Under the pieces are notes generated by a model that saw only the letters and a program-made list of their open reading frames with translations, had not been told where the DNA came from and did not search any database. Positions 29,898-37,959 of a stretch of 64,000 nt of DNA are shown piece by piece (positions within the stretch are counted from its first letter, which is position 1; each line of letters opens with the position of its first letter). The stretch is from an uncultured Acidobacteriaceae bacterium (GTDB lineage Bacteria; Acidobacteriota; Terriglobia; Terriglobales; Acidobacteriaceae), in NCBI GenBank assembly GCA_963804135.1, contig CAWDPH010000008.1, positions 87,741 through 151,740 on the forward strand, in the 5' to 3' direction. Made by a program: the position numbers and the translations under genes.

Positions 29898-30824
29898 ATG
29901 AAGAAGAAGCTGCGCTTCCTGCTTTCGCTGACCAACGACGATAACGATTACCAGATCGAGCAGGCCGCCGCTGCGCGCCAGGCAGCCGGCAAACTGGGGG
30001 TTGAGCTCCAGATCGTCTACGCCGGCAACGACGGCATCGTGCAGAGCCAGCAACTTCTCGCCAGCATTCATTCCGCGAACGCTCCGCGGCCCGACGCCAT
30101 CATCTTCGAACCCGCCGGGTCTACCGCGCATCCCCAGGTTGCCCGTGCCGCTGCCGACGCTGGAATTGGAGTGGTGCTGCTGAATTCGAACGCCGATTAC
30201 ATCTCCGAACTCCGCCGCCGTTCCCATGTGCCGGCGTTTACCATTACTTCCAACCACGAGGAGATCGGCCGCATCCAGGGAAAGCAACTGGGCGCGCTGC
30301 TGCCCGCGGGCGGAATCGTTCTCTATATTCAAGGCCCCCCCGATAGTCTGGCCGCCAAACAGCGCTACACCGGGTTGCTCGAAACCAAGTCCGAGAACGT
30401 GAAACTTCGCGCCCTCAAAGCCCATTGGACCGAAGCCAGCGCCCACAAAACGGTGGGCCAGTTTCTCCGTCTTTCCACTTCACGCGATGCGCACATTGAG
30501 GCGGTTTGCGCGCAAGACGATTCCATGGCCATGGGAGCCCGCAAAGCCTTCGAGGAATGCAGCGAACTTCGCAAGGAGTGGCAGAAGATGCCGTTTCTCG
30601 GTTGCGATGGACTTCCCAGGACCGGGCAAGAGTGGGTGCGGCGCAATCTGCTGACCGCCACCATTTTCGATCCGCCGAATGCGGGTCAGGCCATTGAGAT
30701 GATGGTGAAATCGATTGCCAGCGGCACGCTGCCGGCCGAGCGCACATTCACGGTCGCGAAATCCTTCCCCACGCTCGAAGTGCTGGCGCAATCGACACGC
30801 GCGCGTGCCGCATCCAGTTCCTAG
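29898..30824 (+). CDS. periplasmic-binding-protein type I (sugar-binding/LacI ligand-domain-like) protein
   Basis: FLLSLTNDDNDYQ, AIIFEPAG, GVVLLNS, VCAQDDSMAMGA resemble RbsB/LacI-core family landmarks. No clear signal peptide or HTH. Start uncertain (29877 or 29898). Confidence 0.65.
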   Translation: MKKKLRFLLSLTNDDNDYQIEQAAAARQAAGKLGVELQIVYAGNDGIVQSQQLLASIHSANAPRPDAIIFEPAGSTAHPQVARAAADAGIGVVLLNSNADYISELRRRSHVPAFTITSNHEEIGRIQGKQLGALLPAGGIVLYIQGPPDSLAAKQRYTGLLETKSENVKLRALKAHWTEASAHKTVGQFLRLSTSRDAHIEAVCAQDDSMAMGARKAFEECSELRKEWQKMPFLGCDGLPRTGQEWVRRNLLTATIFDPPNAGQAIEMMVKSIASGTLPAERTFTVAKSFPTLEVLAQSTRARAASSS

Positions 30825-30951
30825 CAATTGCTGGAAACCACAGCTTTGGTTTTCGATTCGTTCCGGCTTCGCATCGGGGGATCGTACGAGCGATGCCGCA
30901 AAGCCGCCGCTCATTAATGGTGATGGTCCCTTTTGGGGCTCTGCGCCCTAT

Positions 30952-31281
30952 CTAGTGCGCGTTGGGTGGCATGATCGGCGCTGCAGGAACAACTTCCGCA
31001 GGCGCGCTGTTGTTCACCAGATCTTTCAATTCCTTGCTGGGCTTGAAGAACGGAATCTTCTTTGCCGGAACTTCCACGCGGTCGCCGGTTTTCGGATTCC
31101 GGCCCACGCGCGGCTTGCGCTGGCGCGTGCGGAAGCTGCCAAAACCGCGGATTTCAATCTTGTCGCCCACCCGCAGCGAGCGCACCACGCTGTCAAAGAT
31201 CGTGTCCACAATCACTTCGCTGTCTTTGCGGGTGAGTTCCGCCAGCCGGGAAACTTCTTCGATCAGGTCAGCCTTCGTCAT
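30952..31281 (-). CDS. HU/IHF-family DNA-binding protein (IHF beta-like)
   Basis: MTKADLIEEV..., IEIRGFGSF, GRNPKTGDRVEVPAKKIPFFKPSKELKD closely follow the IHF-beta pattern, with a short Pro/Ala-rich C-terminal tail. Confidence 0.85.
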   Translation of the reverse strand: MTKADLIEEVSRLAELTRKDSEVIVDTIFDSVVRSLRVGDKIEIRGFGSFRTRQRKPRVGRNPKTGDRVEVPAKKIPFFKPSKELKDLVNNSAPAEVVPAAPIMPPNAH

Positions 31282-31396
31282 AAGCCTTTTGCTCCCTTGG
31301 GGGCGTTGCCGCCTCGTTGTCCGCCGTGCGCCTGCCTATAACCTTCTCAAATTTAAGGGGTTCTATGCAAGTAGGGAAGTGGGCACCTGAGAAAAA

Positions 31397-31458
31397 GTTC
31401 CCAGTTCCCAGTGAAGGACGCGCCTCTTTCTGAGAACTGGGAACTGAGAACTGGGAAC
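31397..31458. repeat. Family-D inverted-repeat element (GTTCCCA word arms)
   Basis: GTTCCCAGTTCCCAGT (31397-31412) versus ACTGGGAACTGAGAACTGGGAAC (31436-31458). Confidence 0.7.
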
Positions 31459-31461
31459 TAG

Positions 31462-32370
31462 CTACTTCCACAGATAATAAAAGCCGACCTGCTGTTCCAG
31501 CAGCTTCTCCCGCGTGGGCAAATAGTCGGAAACATCGCCGAACAACAGATCGAGGCCCGAGCGCCTCTCTTTGGGCGGGTAGACCAGTGTCGGCTCGCCT
31601 GAAATATTCACCGCCTGGGCCGTATCCTTCACCGCGCCTTCGAAGTCCGCGATCTGATCCACCAGCTTCAGGTCGGCCGCCTGCTGGCCGGTCCAGACTT
31701 TTCCATTCGCGATGGCGCGGATGTCGGCTTCCTTCGCATGCCTCCCGTCGGCCACCGCCTGGATGAACTGCGTATGCATATTGTCAATCAAGCCCTGCAT
31801 GTACTCGCGCTCCGCCGGCGTCATTTCGCGCGTCGGGCTGCCCGTGTCCTTGAATTCTCCCGCCTTCATGGTAATCGCATTCAGTTTCGCCCACTTCAGC
31901 AGTTCGCCGTAGTTTACCCATTCGGCAATCACGCCGATCGATCCCACGATGCTGCCCTTATCGGCATAGATCTTGTTGGTGGCCGACGCCACGTAATATG
32001 CGCCGCTCGCGCCCACGGTCTCAATCGAAGCGACGATGCGTTTCTTCTTTTCGTCGCGAATTCGCTTCACTTCGCGATAGATCTCCTCCGACGCAGCCAC
32101 GCCGCCTCCAGGCGAATTCACATGAATGATGATGGCCTTGACGGAATCGTCATCGGCAAACTTCTTCAGCTGGGGGACGATCTGCTTGGGAGAGAAAATT
32201 ACGCCGTCCAGTTCAACCACGGCAATCTTGGAGCCGAAGCCCGAAAACGATGCTTCATCCTGGCCGCCGAAACTTAGGTACACCAGCGTGAACACGGCCA
32301 CCACGAACAGCGTAAATAGCCCGCCGCCCACCAGAAACCATATCCATATCCGCGAACGCCCTTCCGCCAT
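31462..32370 (-). CDS. sppA: signal peptide peptidase SppA, 36K type
   Basis: N-terminal TM. IIHVNSPGGGVAASEEIY and GASGAYYVA motifs. Confidence 0.9.
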   Translation of the reverse strand: MAEGRSRIWIWFLVGGGLFTLFVVAVFTLVYLSFGGQDEASFSGFGSKIAVVELDGVIFSPKQIVPQLKKFADDDSVKAIIIHVNSPGGGVAASEEIYREVKRIRDEKKKRIVASIETVGASGAYYVASATNKIYADKGSIVGSIGVIAEWVNYGELLKWAKLNAITMKAGEFKDTGSPTREMTPAEREYMQGLIDNMHTQFIQAVADGRHAKEADIRAIANGKVWTGQQAADLKLVDQIADFEGAVKDTAQAVNISGEPTLVYPPKERRSGLDLLFGDVSDYLPTREKLLEQQVGFYYLWK

Positions 32371-32423
32371 AATTAGGAAAGTGTAGCACCGCGGGCGCTA
32401 GGTCGGTCAGACGGGGTCGGTCG

Positions 32424-33350
32424 TCACTTGATTTCGAAGTTCCGGGGATCGAGCTGCACGTTGTGGGAGATGGAGGTTTCGGTAATGCTGAATTCAACAA
32501 CCGATGTCTGCGCAACCGCGAGATTTGCTCGTCTCGCGGTAGCTGAGTTCCCCCACGCTGCGGCATCCCTGCCGACTGGATTAATGGGGTTATCGACGGC
32601 AAACTGGATGACCCATCTACCCGGCAATGACAGCTTGTCGGTATCCTTGAAGTCGGAGAACCGCTCTTCAAGGCGATAGTGGCTGGATTGTTGCTGTGCG
32701 TTCTCCCGTTCTCGCCTTGCGAGCTGCGGATCGATTGTAAGCGAGTAACTGGTCATAACATGCCGGAAAGTTGTGGCTTCAAAGTAGAGCAGAATTTCCA
32801 GATCGCTGCGTTTGGCGGGCTCATATCGCAGCTGATGCAGTTCGCGACCGCCAATTTTTCTTAGTCCCTCGTAGTGCAATTTCCCGTGGTGATCTTCGAG
32901 GTTGGCCAAAACCCATCCCGTGGAAAGAACGCCACCCCACAAGCCCTCAGTAAGAATTTCATCGTGGACGTGGACGAACTCGCCGAAGTTGGAATAGTTG
33001 CCGGGCGTGACGTAGCCAATCGTCGTTTTTCCCCCATCGCTGACAAATCGCTCGCCATGATAACTGGGACTCGGCAGTTTCAGGAGCGTGACGAACTTGT
33101 CGCCCTCGGAGACAAAAACTTGTTTTCCGTCCGCATTGCCGCTGCCGCCGCTGAGCACATGGAACTGCACTATACCTTCCGCTAGGCGGCTTTTCACTGC
33201 GTCCCGAGCCTGCTGGGTCCCGATGGAATTCAAATGCTGCTTGACCAAGTCGCCGATCTGCAATTCATCCTTGGCTAAGCTGGCCGAAAGCATCGCCAGC
33301 ATCGCAATCAACACCGCAAGAGATCGCATCCACAACCTCCGAATCGTCAT
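32424..33350 (-). CDS. hypothetical secreted protein
   Basis: ATG at 33350 gives the signal peptide MTIRRLWMRSLAVLIAMLAMLSASLA. The track ORF up to 33464 overlaps the hyuB start. No family recognised. Confidence 0.5.
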   Translation of the reverse strand: MTIRRLWMRSLAVLIAMLAMLSASLAKDELQIGDLVKQHLNSIGTQQARDAVKSRLAEGIVQFHVLSGGSGNADGKQVFVSEGDKFVTLLKLPSPSYHGERFVSDGGKTTIGYVTPGNYSNFGEFVHVHDEILTEGLWGGVLSTGWVLANLEDHHGKLHYEGLRKIGGRELHQLRYEPAKRSDLEILLYFEATTFRHVMTSYSLTIDPQLARRERENAQQQSSHYRLEERFSDFKDTDKLSLPGRWVIQFAVDNPINPVGRDAAAWGNSATARRANLAVAQTSVVEFSITETSISHNVQLDPRNFEIK

Positions 33351-33419
33351 TTCCTTATTCGGGGAAGGCGGCCAGTATAGTCCACAATCATGCCGAGTTG
33401 GCGTACACTCGTCACGCAC

Positions 33420-35126
33420 ATGCGTGATCCCGTCGAACTCGAGGTTTTCAAGAACCTCTACCACTCCATCGCCGAGGAGATGGGAGCCGCCCTGCGCCGG
33501 ACTTCGTTCTCTCCCAATATCAAAGAGCGCCGCGATTACTCCTGCGCAGTTTTCGACTCAGCCGGCCAGGTCATCGCCATGGGCGATCACATGCCAGTGC
33601 ACCTGGGCTCCATGCCCATGTCGGTTGCGGCGGCTGTGGGGCAATGTGAGCTACAACCGGGCGACGTCGTCATGCTCAACGATCCCTTCCGCGGCGGCAC
33701 GCACCTGCCTGACATCACGCTGGTCATGCCGGTGTACATCCGCAAAGGCAAGAGCGGCGGGCGAGGGCGCCCGCCCTACACAAGCACTCCCGACTTCTAT
33801 GTCGCTTCTCGCGCTCACCACGCCGATGTGGGCGGAACTTACCCCGGCTCGATGGGACCCTGCCGCGAAATTTACCAGGAAGGCTTCCGCATTCCGCCGG
33901 TCAAAATTATGCGCGGCGGAAAGCTTGTCGCCGATGTGTTGGCGCTTCTCCTCAACAACGTCCGCACGCCCGAAGAACGCGAAGGCGACCTCGGCGCTCA
34001 GATCGCCGCTTGCCAGACCGGCGCCCAACGCCTTCGTGAAATCTGCGACCGCTACGGAATCGCCCGAGCCAAACAAGCCGCCGCCGATCTGCTCGTCTAT
34101 TCCGAACAAATGATGCGAGCCTTTCTGCGTACGATCCCGCCTGGCCACTACCAGGCCGAAGACTTCCTGGATAACGATGGCGTGGAAGACAAGCCCGTGC
34201 GCATCGGTGTGACCATCGGAGTCAAGGCTTCATCCAACAAGAAATCCCCTGTAGAGACGCGGCTTGCCGCGTCTCCCTCAGCATCGAGCAAGAAGCCGCC
34301 TGCCTCTGTCACCATCGACTTCACCGGCAGCGATCCGCAAGTCCAAGGCGCAATCAATGCGGTCGAGGCCATCACCTACTCAGCCTGCTTCTACGTCTTC
34401 CGCTGCCTGCTCCGCGAAGACGTGCCCGCCACCTCCGGCCTGATGCGACCCATCCGCGTCATCGCTCCATCGGGAACCGTGGTCAATGCCAGGCCTCCGG
34501 CCGCCGTTGCCGGGGGCAACGTGGAAACTTCGCAGCGGATTGTCGACGTGCTGCTGAAAGCCCTGGCGCAGGCGATTCCGGACCGCATCCCGGCCGCCGC
34601 CGCCGGCACCATGAACAACCTCACCATCGGCGGCACCGATTCACGAAGCACTGATTCTCTAAGCGCTGACCCGCGCTCCCAGCAGCCCTTCGCTTATTAC
34701 GAAACCATCGCCGGGGGCATGGGCGCGCGCCCCAATAAGGACGGGGTCTCGGGCGTCCACACCCACATGACCAATTCCCTGAACACTCCCGCCGAGGCCC
34801 TCGAATACGCGTACCCGTTGCGCCTGCGGCAATATTCTTTTCGCTCCCAAAGTGGAGGCGCGGGCCTCCACACCGGTGGCGATGGAATCGTGCGTGAAAT
34901 CGAAGTCTTAACCGATGCCCAGGTCACTCTGCTCGCCGATCGCCGTTCTCGCGGGCCCTACGGCCTGGCCGGAGGAGCCGACGGCTCTCCCGGCCGCACC
35001 CTGATCGTCCGGAGGGACGGTTCTGCGGAAGAAATCCCCGGCAAGACTAGCGTCCGCCTGCGTTCCGGGGAAAGAGTCCTCATAGAATCGCCGGGTGGCG
35101 GTGGCTGGGGCAGACCAAAGCCTTGA
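33420..35126 (+). CDS. hydantoinase B/oxoprolinase family protein
   Basis: MRDPVELEVFKNLYHSIAEEMG start. DYSCAVFD, GDVVMLNDPFRGGTHLPD, IDFTGSDPQV..INA, GGGGWG near the C-terminus. Confidence 0.9.
   Translation: MRDPVELEVFKNLYHSIAEEMGAALRRTSFSPNIKERRDYSCAVFDSAGQVIAMGDHMPVHLGSMPMSVAAAVGQCELQPGDVVMLNDPFRGGTHLPDITLVMPVYIRKGKSGGRGRPPYTSTPDFYVASRAHHADVGGTYPGSMGPCREIYQEGFRIPPVKIMRGGKLVADVLALLLNNVRTPEEREGDLGAQIAACQTGAQRLREICDRYGIARAKQAAADLLVYSEQMMRAFLRTIPPGHYQAEDFLDNDGVEDKPVRIGVTIGVKASSNKKSPVETRLAASPSASSKKPPASVTIDFTGSDPQVQGAINAVEAITYSACFYVFRCLLREDVPATSGLMRPIRVIAPSGTVVNARPPAAVAGGNVETSQRIVDVLLKALAQAIPDRIPAAAAGTMNNLTIGGTDSRSTDSLSADPRSQQPFAYYETIAGGMGARPNKDGVSGVHTHMTNSLNTPAEALEYAYPLRLRQYSFRSQSGGAGLHTGGDGIVREIEVLTDAQVTLLADRRSRGPYGLAGGADGSPGRTLIVRRDGSAEEIPGKTSVRLRSGERVLIESPGGGGWGRPKP
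34251..34275. repeat. Family-C palindrome GTAGAGACGCGGCTTGCCGCGTCTC located in frame inside hyuB
   Basis: 9-bp stem GAGACGCGG/CCGCGTCTC with loop CTTG. An identical 25-mer occurs intergenically at 55826-55850. Confidence 0.85.
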
Positions 35127-35237
35127 ACCGCGGAGTACGCAGAGTACGCAGAGGAATTCTTTAACCACAGGGGGCACAGGGGACCACGGGAAGCCCGGTT
35201 ACAAAAGACTCTGCGCCCTCCGCGTCCTCTGCGGTAA
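35124..35237. repeat. Family-D inverted-repeat element (nested)
   Basis: Arm TGAACCGCGGAGTACGCAGAGTACGCAGAGG (35124-35154, begins with the hyuB stop codon) pairs with arm CTCTGCGCCCTCCGCGTCCTCTGCGGTAA (35209-35237). They flank TTAACCACAGGGGGCACAGGGGACCACGGG (35161-35190). Confidence 0.75.
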
Positions 35238-35289
35238 GAAGCCTTTTTCGCTAGAATTCAATGTGCAGGCTTTCAGGGAGTAACCAGCG

Positions 35290-36429
35290 ATGAGATTCTT
35301 GCGTCCTTTTGTTTTTGCGATTGTTCTGGCGTCCGCTTTCTTCTACTTCACCACCCATCACAACGGACGTCTCCATCCCGCCAATTGGATCAGCCGTCCG
35401 CAGCACGTGGAAATCACCGAAGCCGCCGGCAGCGAAGCGTTCGACGCCGAAGAACAGAACAACATCAATGTCTACCGCAAAAACATTGGAGCCGTTGTCA
35501 ACATCACCTCGCGCGTCATGACCTTCGACTTCTTCTACGGGCTGGTTCCGCAGGAGGGCCAGGGCTCGGGCTTCGTCATCGACAAAGAAGGACACATCCT
35601 CACCAACTATCACGTCATCGCCGATGCGCGCGAGGTCTGGGTCACGCTCCACAATCGCAAGAAATATAAGGCCGCCATCGTCGGCAGCGACCGCGCGCAT
35701 GATTTAGCCGTGATCCAGATCAAAGCCATCGATCTCCAGCCCATGACGCTCGGCGACTCGACCAACCTGCAAGTCGGCCAGAAAGTCTACGCCATCGGCA
35801 ATCCCTTCGGCCTCGCCGGCACGCTCACCCGCGGCATCGTCAGTTCCATCCGCCAGGTGCAGGAGCCCGACGGCATGGTCATCGAAGAAGCTATCCAGAC
35901 CGACGCCGCCATCAACCCCGGCAACTCCGGAGGCCCGCTGCTCAATTGGCACGGCGAAGTCATCGGCATCAACACCATGATCGCCTCCAGCGTGGGCCAA
36001 AGCGCCGGCATTGGCTTCGCCATCCCGATCAACACCGCCAAAGCGGTGCTTAACGATCTGGTTACCCTCGGACGCGTGCGCCGTCCCGCGCTTGGCGTCC
36101 GCACCATTCCCATCGATTCCGAAATCGCCAGCGAGCTTGGTCTTGCCGCCGACTACGGACTGCTTATTGTGCAAGCCGTTCCCGGAGGCTCCGCTGACCG
36201 CTCCGGATTGCGCGGCGGAAGCGAACGAGCCTACCTCGGCAACACTCCGATCATGATCGGCGGAGATTTAATCGTCGCCATCGACGGAGAAAAAGTCGAC
36301 AGCCAGCAAATCCTAGCCCAGGTCATGAACAAGCACCGGGCTGGGGACACGGTGAAAGTAACTATTTTCCGCGGCAAGAAGCAGTTGGAAGTATCGGTAG
36401 TGCTGGGCGAAGCGCGGGACCAGGTGTAA
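35290..36429 (+). CDS. HtrA/DegP-family serine protease with PDZ domain
   Basis: N-terminal TM. TNYHVI (His), HDLAVIQ (Asp), GNSGGPLLN (Ser). The C-terminal PDZ is followed by VTIFRGKK. Confidence 0.9.
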   Translation: MRFLRPFVFAIVLASAFFYFTTHHNGRLHPANWISRPQHVEITEAAGSEAFDAEEQNNINVYRKNIGAVVNITSRVMTFDFFYGLVPQEGQGSGFVIDKEGHILTNYHVIADAREVWVTLHNRKKYKAAIVGSDRAHDLAVIQIKAIDLQPMTLGDSTNLQVGQKVYAIGNPFGLAGTLTRGIVSSIRQVQEPDGMVIEEAIQTDAAINPGNSGGPLLNWHGEVIGINTMIASSVGQSAGIGFAIPINTAKAVLNDLVTLGRVRRPALGVRTIPIDSEIASELGLAADYGLLIVQAVPGGSADRSGLRGGSERAYLGNTPIMIGGDLIVAIDGEKVDSQQILAQVMNKHRAGDTVKVTIFRGKKQLEVSVVLGEARDQV

Positions 36430-36462
36430 GGCGGGACGCCCACGGACTTGGAATCGGGTGCT

Positions 36463-37392
36463 ATGGACGACGTTGAGTTTCCCGGACAACCGGATACGCG
36501 CGAACCAGGGATGCCCGAACACCTTTCTACGTTTCACGAGAAACTGAGCCGCTACCAGACCCCCACAATTACGGATAGCATCTGTTGCTGGACGGATTTG
36601 CTGGGCTTCGGCTCCGATCTTTACGGGGCGAAATGGGAACCCTCGGAGGCTCTCTGGATATCCATCTTCAATAGGATCACCGAAGCCCATCGCGATTGTT
36701 ATCGGAAGCTCGATCTCTTGACTGAGTTCGCGCTCACTCTCAATGACGGCATCGTACGCTGCTGCGACCTAGCGAATATTGATCATATTGACCGACTTTC
36801 GATGTGGTTCAGAGAATGCATACTCACACACAACCGCATCAACGAGCGCGAGCAGCGTCAACAGCTTCCGGGGGCGCGCACCGTTCTGGCTCATGGCAAG
36901 AAATTGATTCATGGACCCTCCGAACTAACCGTTGAGGATTTCGTACTCAATTACACGAAGCTGGATCCCAGCGGACCTAGCAGGCTACCGAGGAAAGTCG
37001 CAGAACGTATAGTAGCTTCTAACCCCGAGCCCTTACAGCTCAACTTAGCATTTTCGAAGGCCTATATCCTGGACCGTTTAGGGAGCAGGGGTGGGATAAA
37101 GGGCGGGCACTTCTATATCGACGAGGGCGTGTTGCAAGCGATTGCCCACTTTGCTAAAACAAAACCGCACCTTCGGGCTCCAATAGACCGTGAGGAGGGA
37201 ACAAGCCGCCTTTTCGCAATCCCAAGACAAGATGACGAATATTCTCAAGACGACGAATATTTTCACCTTGGATTTCGTCTCCAACTGCCGCGGATTTCCA
37301 TCAACACGACAGAAATCGAGACCAGCGTCTATCGGGTGGTAGAATTCTATCCTTGGGATGAGCCGCTGCCATTTACATTGCCAGTCGTCTGA
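36463..37392 (+). CDS. hypothetical protein; motif order suggests a divergent class III nucleotidyl-cyclase-like palm domain
   Basis: ATG at 36463 (TTG at 36448 possible). ICCWTDLLGFGS, LTLNDGIV, ARTVLAHGKKLIHG, LQLNLAFSKAYILDRLG...GHFYIDEGV occur in cyclase-like order. The 3' half is AT-richer. The CDS call is moderately safe; the function is inference. Confidence 0.5.
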   Translation: MDDVEFPGQPDTREPGMPEHLSTFHEKLSRYQTPTITDSICCWTDLLGFGSDLYGAKWEPSEALWISIFNRITEAHRDCYRKLDLLTEFALTLNDGIVRCCDLANIDHIDRLSMWFRECILTHNRINEREQRQQLPGARTVLAHGKKLIHGPSELTVEDFVLNYTKLDPSGPSRLPRKVAERIVASNPEPLQLNLAFSKAYILDRLGSRGGIKGGHFYIDEGVLQAIAHFAKTKPHLRAPIDREEGTSRLFAIPRQDDEYSQDDEYFHLGFRLQLPRISINTTEIETSVYRVVEFYPWDEPLPFTLPVV

Positions 37393-37452
37393 CTCCTCCA
37401 ACGGTAGAGCCAAGAGCAGAAGCCCCGATCCCTCCGCCCTATCATCTTCCCC

Positions 37453-37827
37453 ATGCCCGACGTCGACTGGATCCGCAAACTTTGCCTCTCCTTCCCCGAC
37501 GTCACCGAGGACATGCCGTGGGACGACGACCTCTGCTTCAAGGTCCGCGGCAAAATCTTTACTGGCATGGTCCTTTCGGACGGGCGGTTTCCGCGCATCA
37601 CTCTTAAATGCGCGCCGGAGACGTTTCACGAACTGCTCGAGATCGAAGGCATCTCCCCCGCGCCTTACGTCGGACGTTACAAGTGGGTGACGCTCGCCAA
37701 CTCCAACGTCCTGCCCTCAGACGAACTCGAAGCCCTCATTCGCCAGTCGTACGGCCTGGTCGCCCCCAAAGCGCCAAAGAAGAAATCCGCGAGCGGGAAA
37801 CCGCCCAGCAGTCACGGCAAAAGGTGA
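37453..37827 (+). CDS. MmcQ/YjbR-family protein
   Basis: 124 aa. LCLSFPDVTEDMPWDDDLCFKVRGKIF...LKC...PYVGRYKWVTL matches the YjbR pattern. Confidence 0.8.
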   Translation: MPDVDWIRKLCLSFPDVTEDMPWDDDLCFKVRGKIFTGMVLSDGRFPRITLKCAPETFHELLEIEGISPAPYVGRYKWVTLANSNVLPSDELEALIRQSYGLVAPKAPKKKSASGKPPSSHGKR

Positions 37828-37834
37828 AGGCTGT

Positions 37835-37907
37835 CCTCCGTGTTCCTCCGTGTACCCCGTGGTTAAAGCCTTTGCCTTTCTTCGCGCCCTCCGTGCCTCG
37901 GCGGTGA
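37835..37907. repeat. Family-D solitary arms
   Basis: CCTCCGTGTTCCTCCGTGTACCCCGTGGTTAA (37835-37866) is the complement type of the 35161 arm. GCGCCCTCCGTGCCTCGGCGGTGA (37884-37907) is the complement type of the 49936 arm. Confidence 0.65.
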
Positions 37908-37959
37908 CCCGGTTTGACTCCCGTAACCCGCTAAGCTAGCCTCGTACTTCACCCACTCC

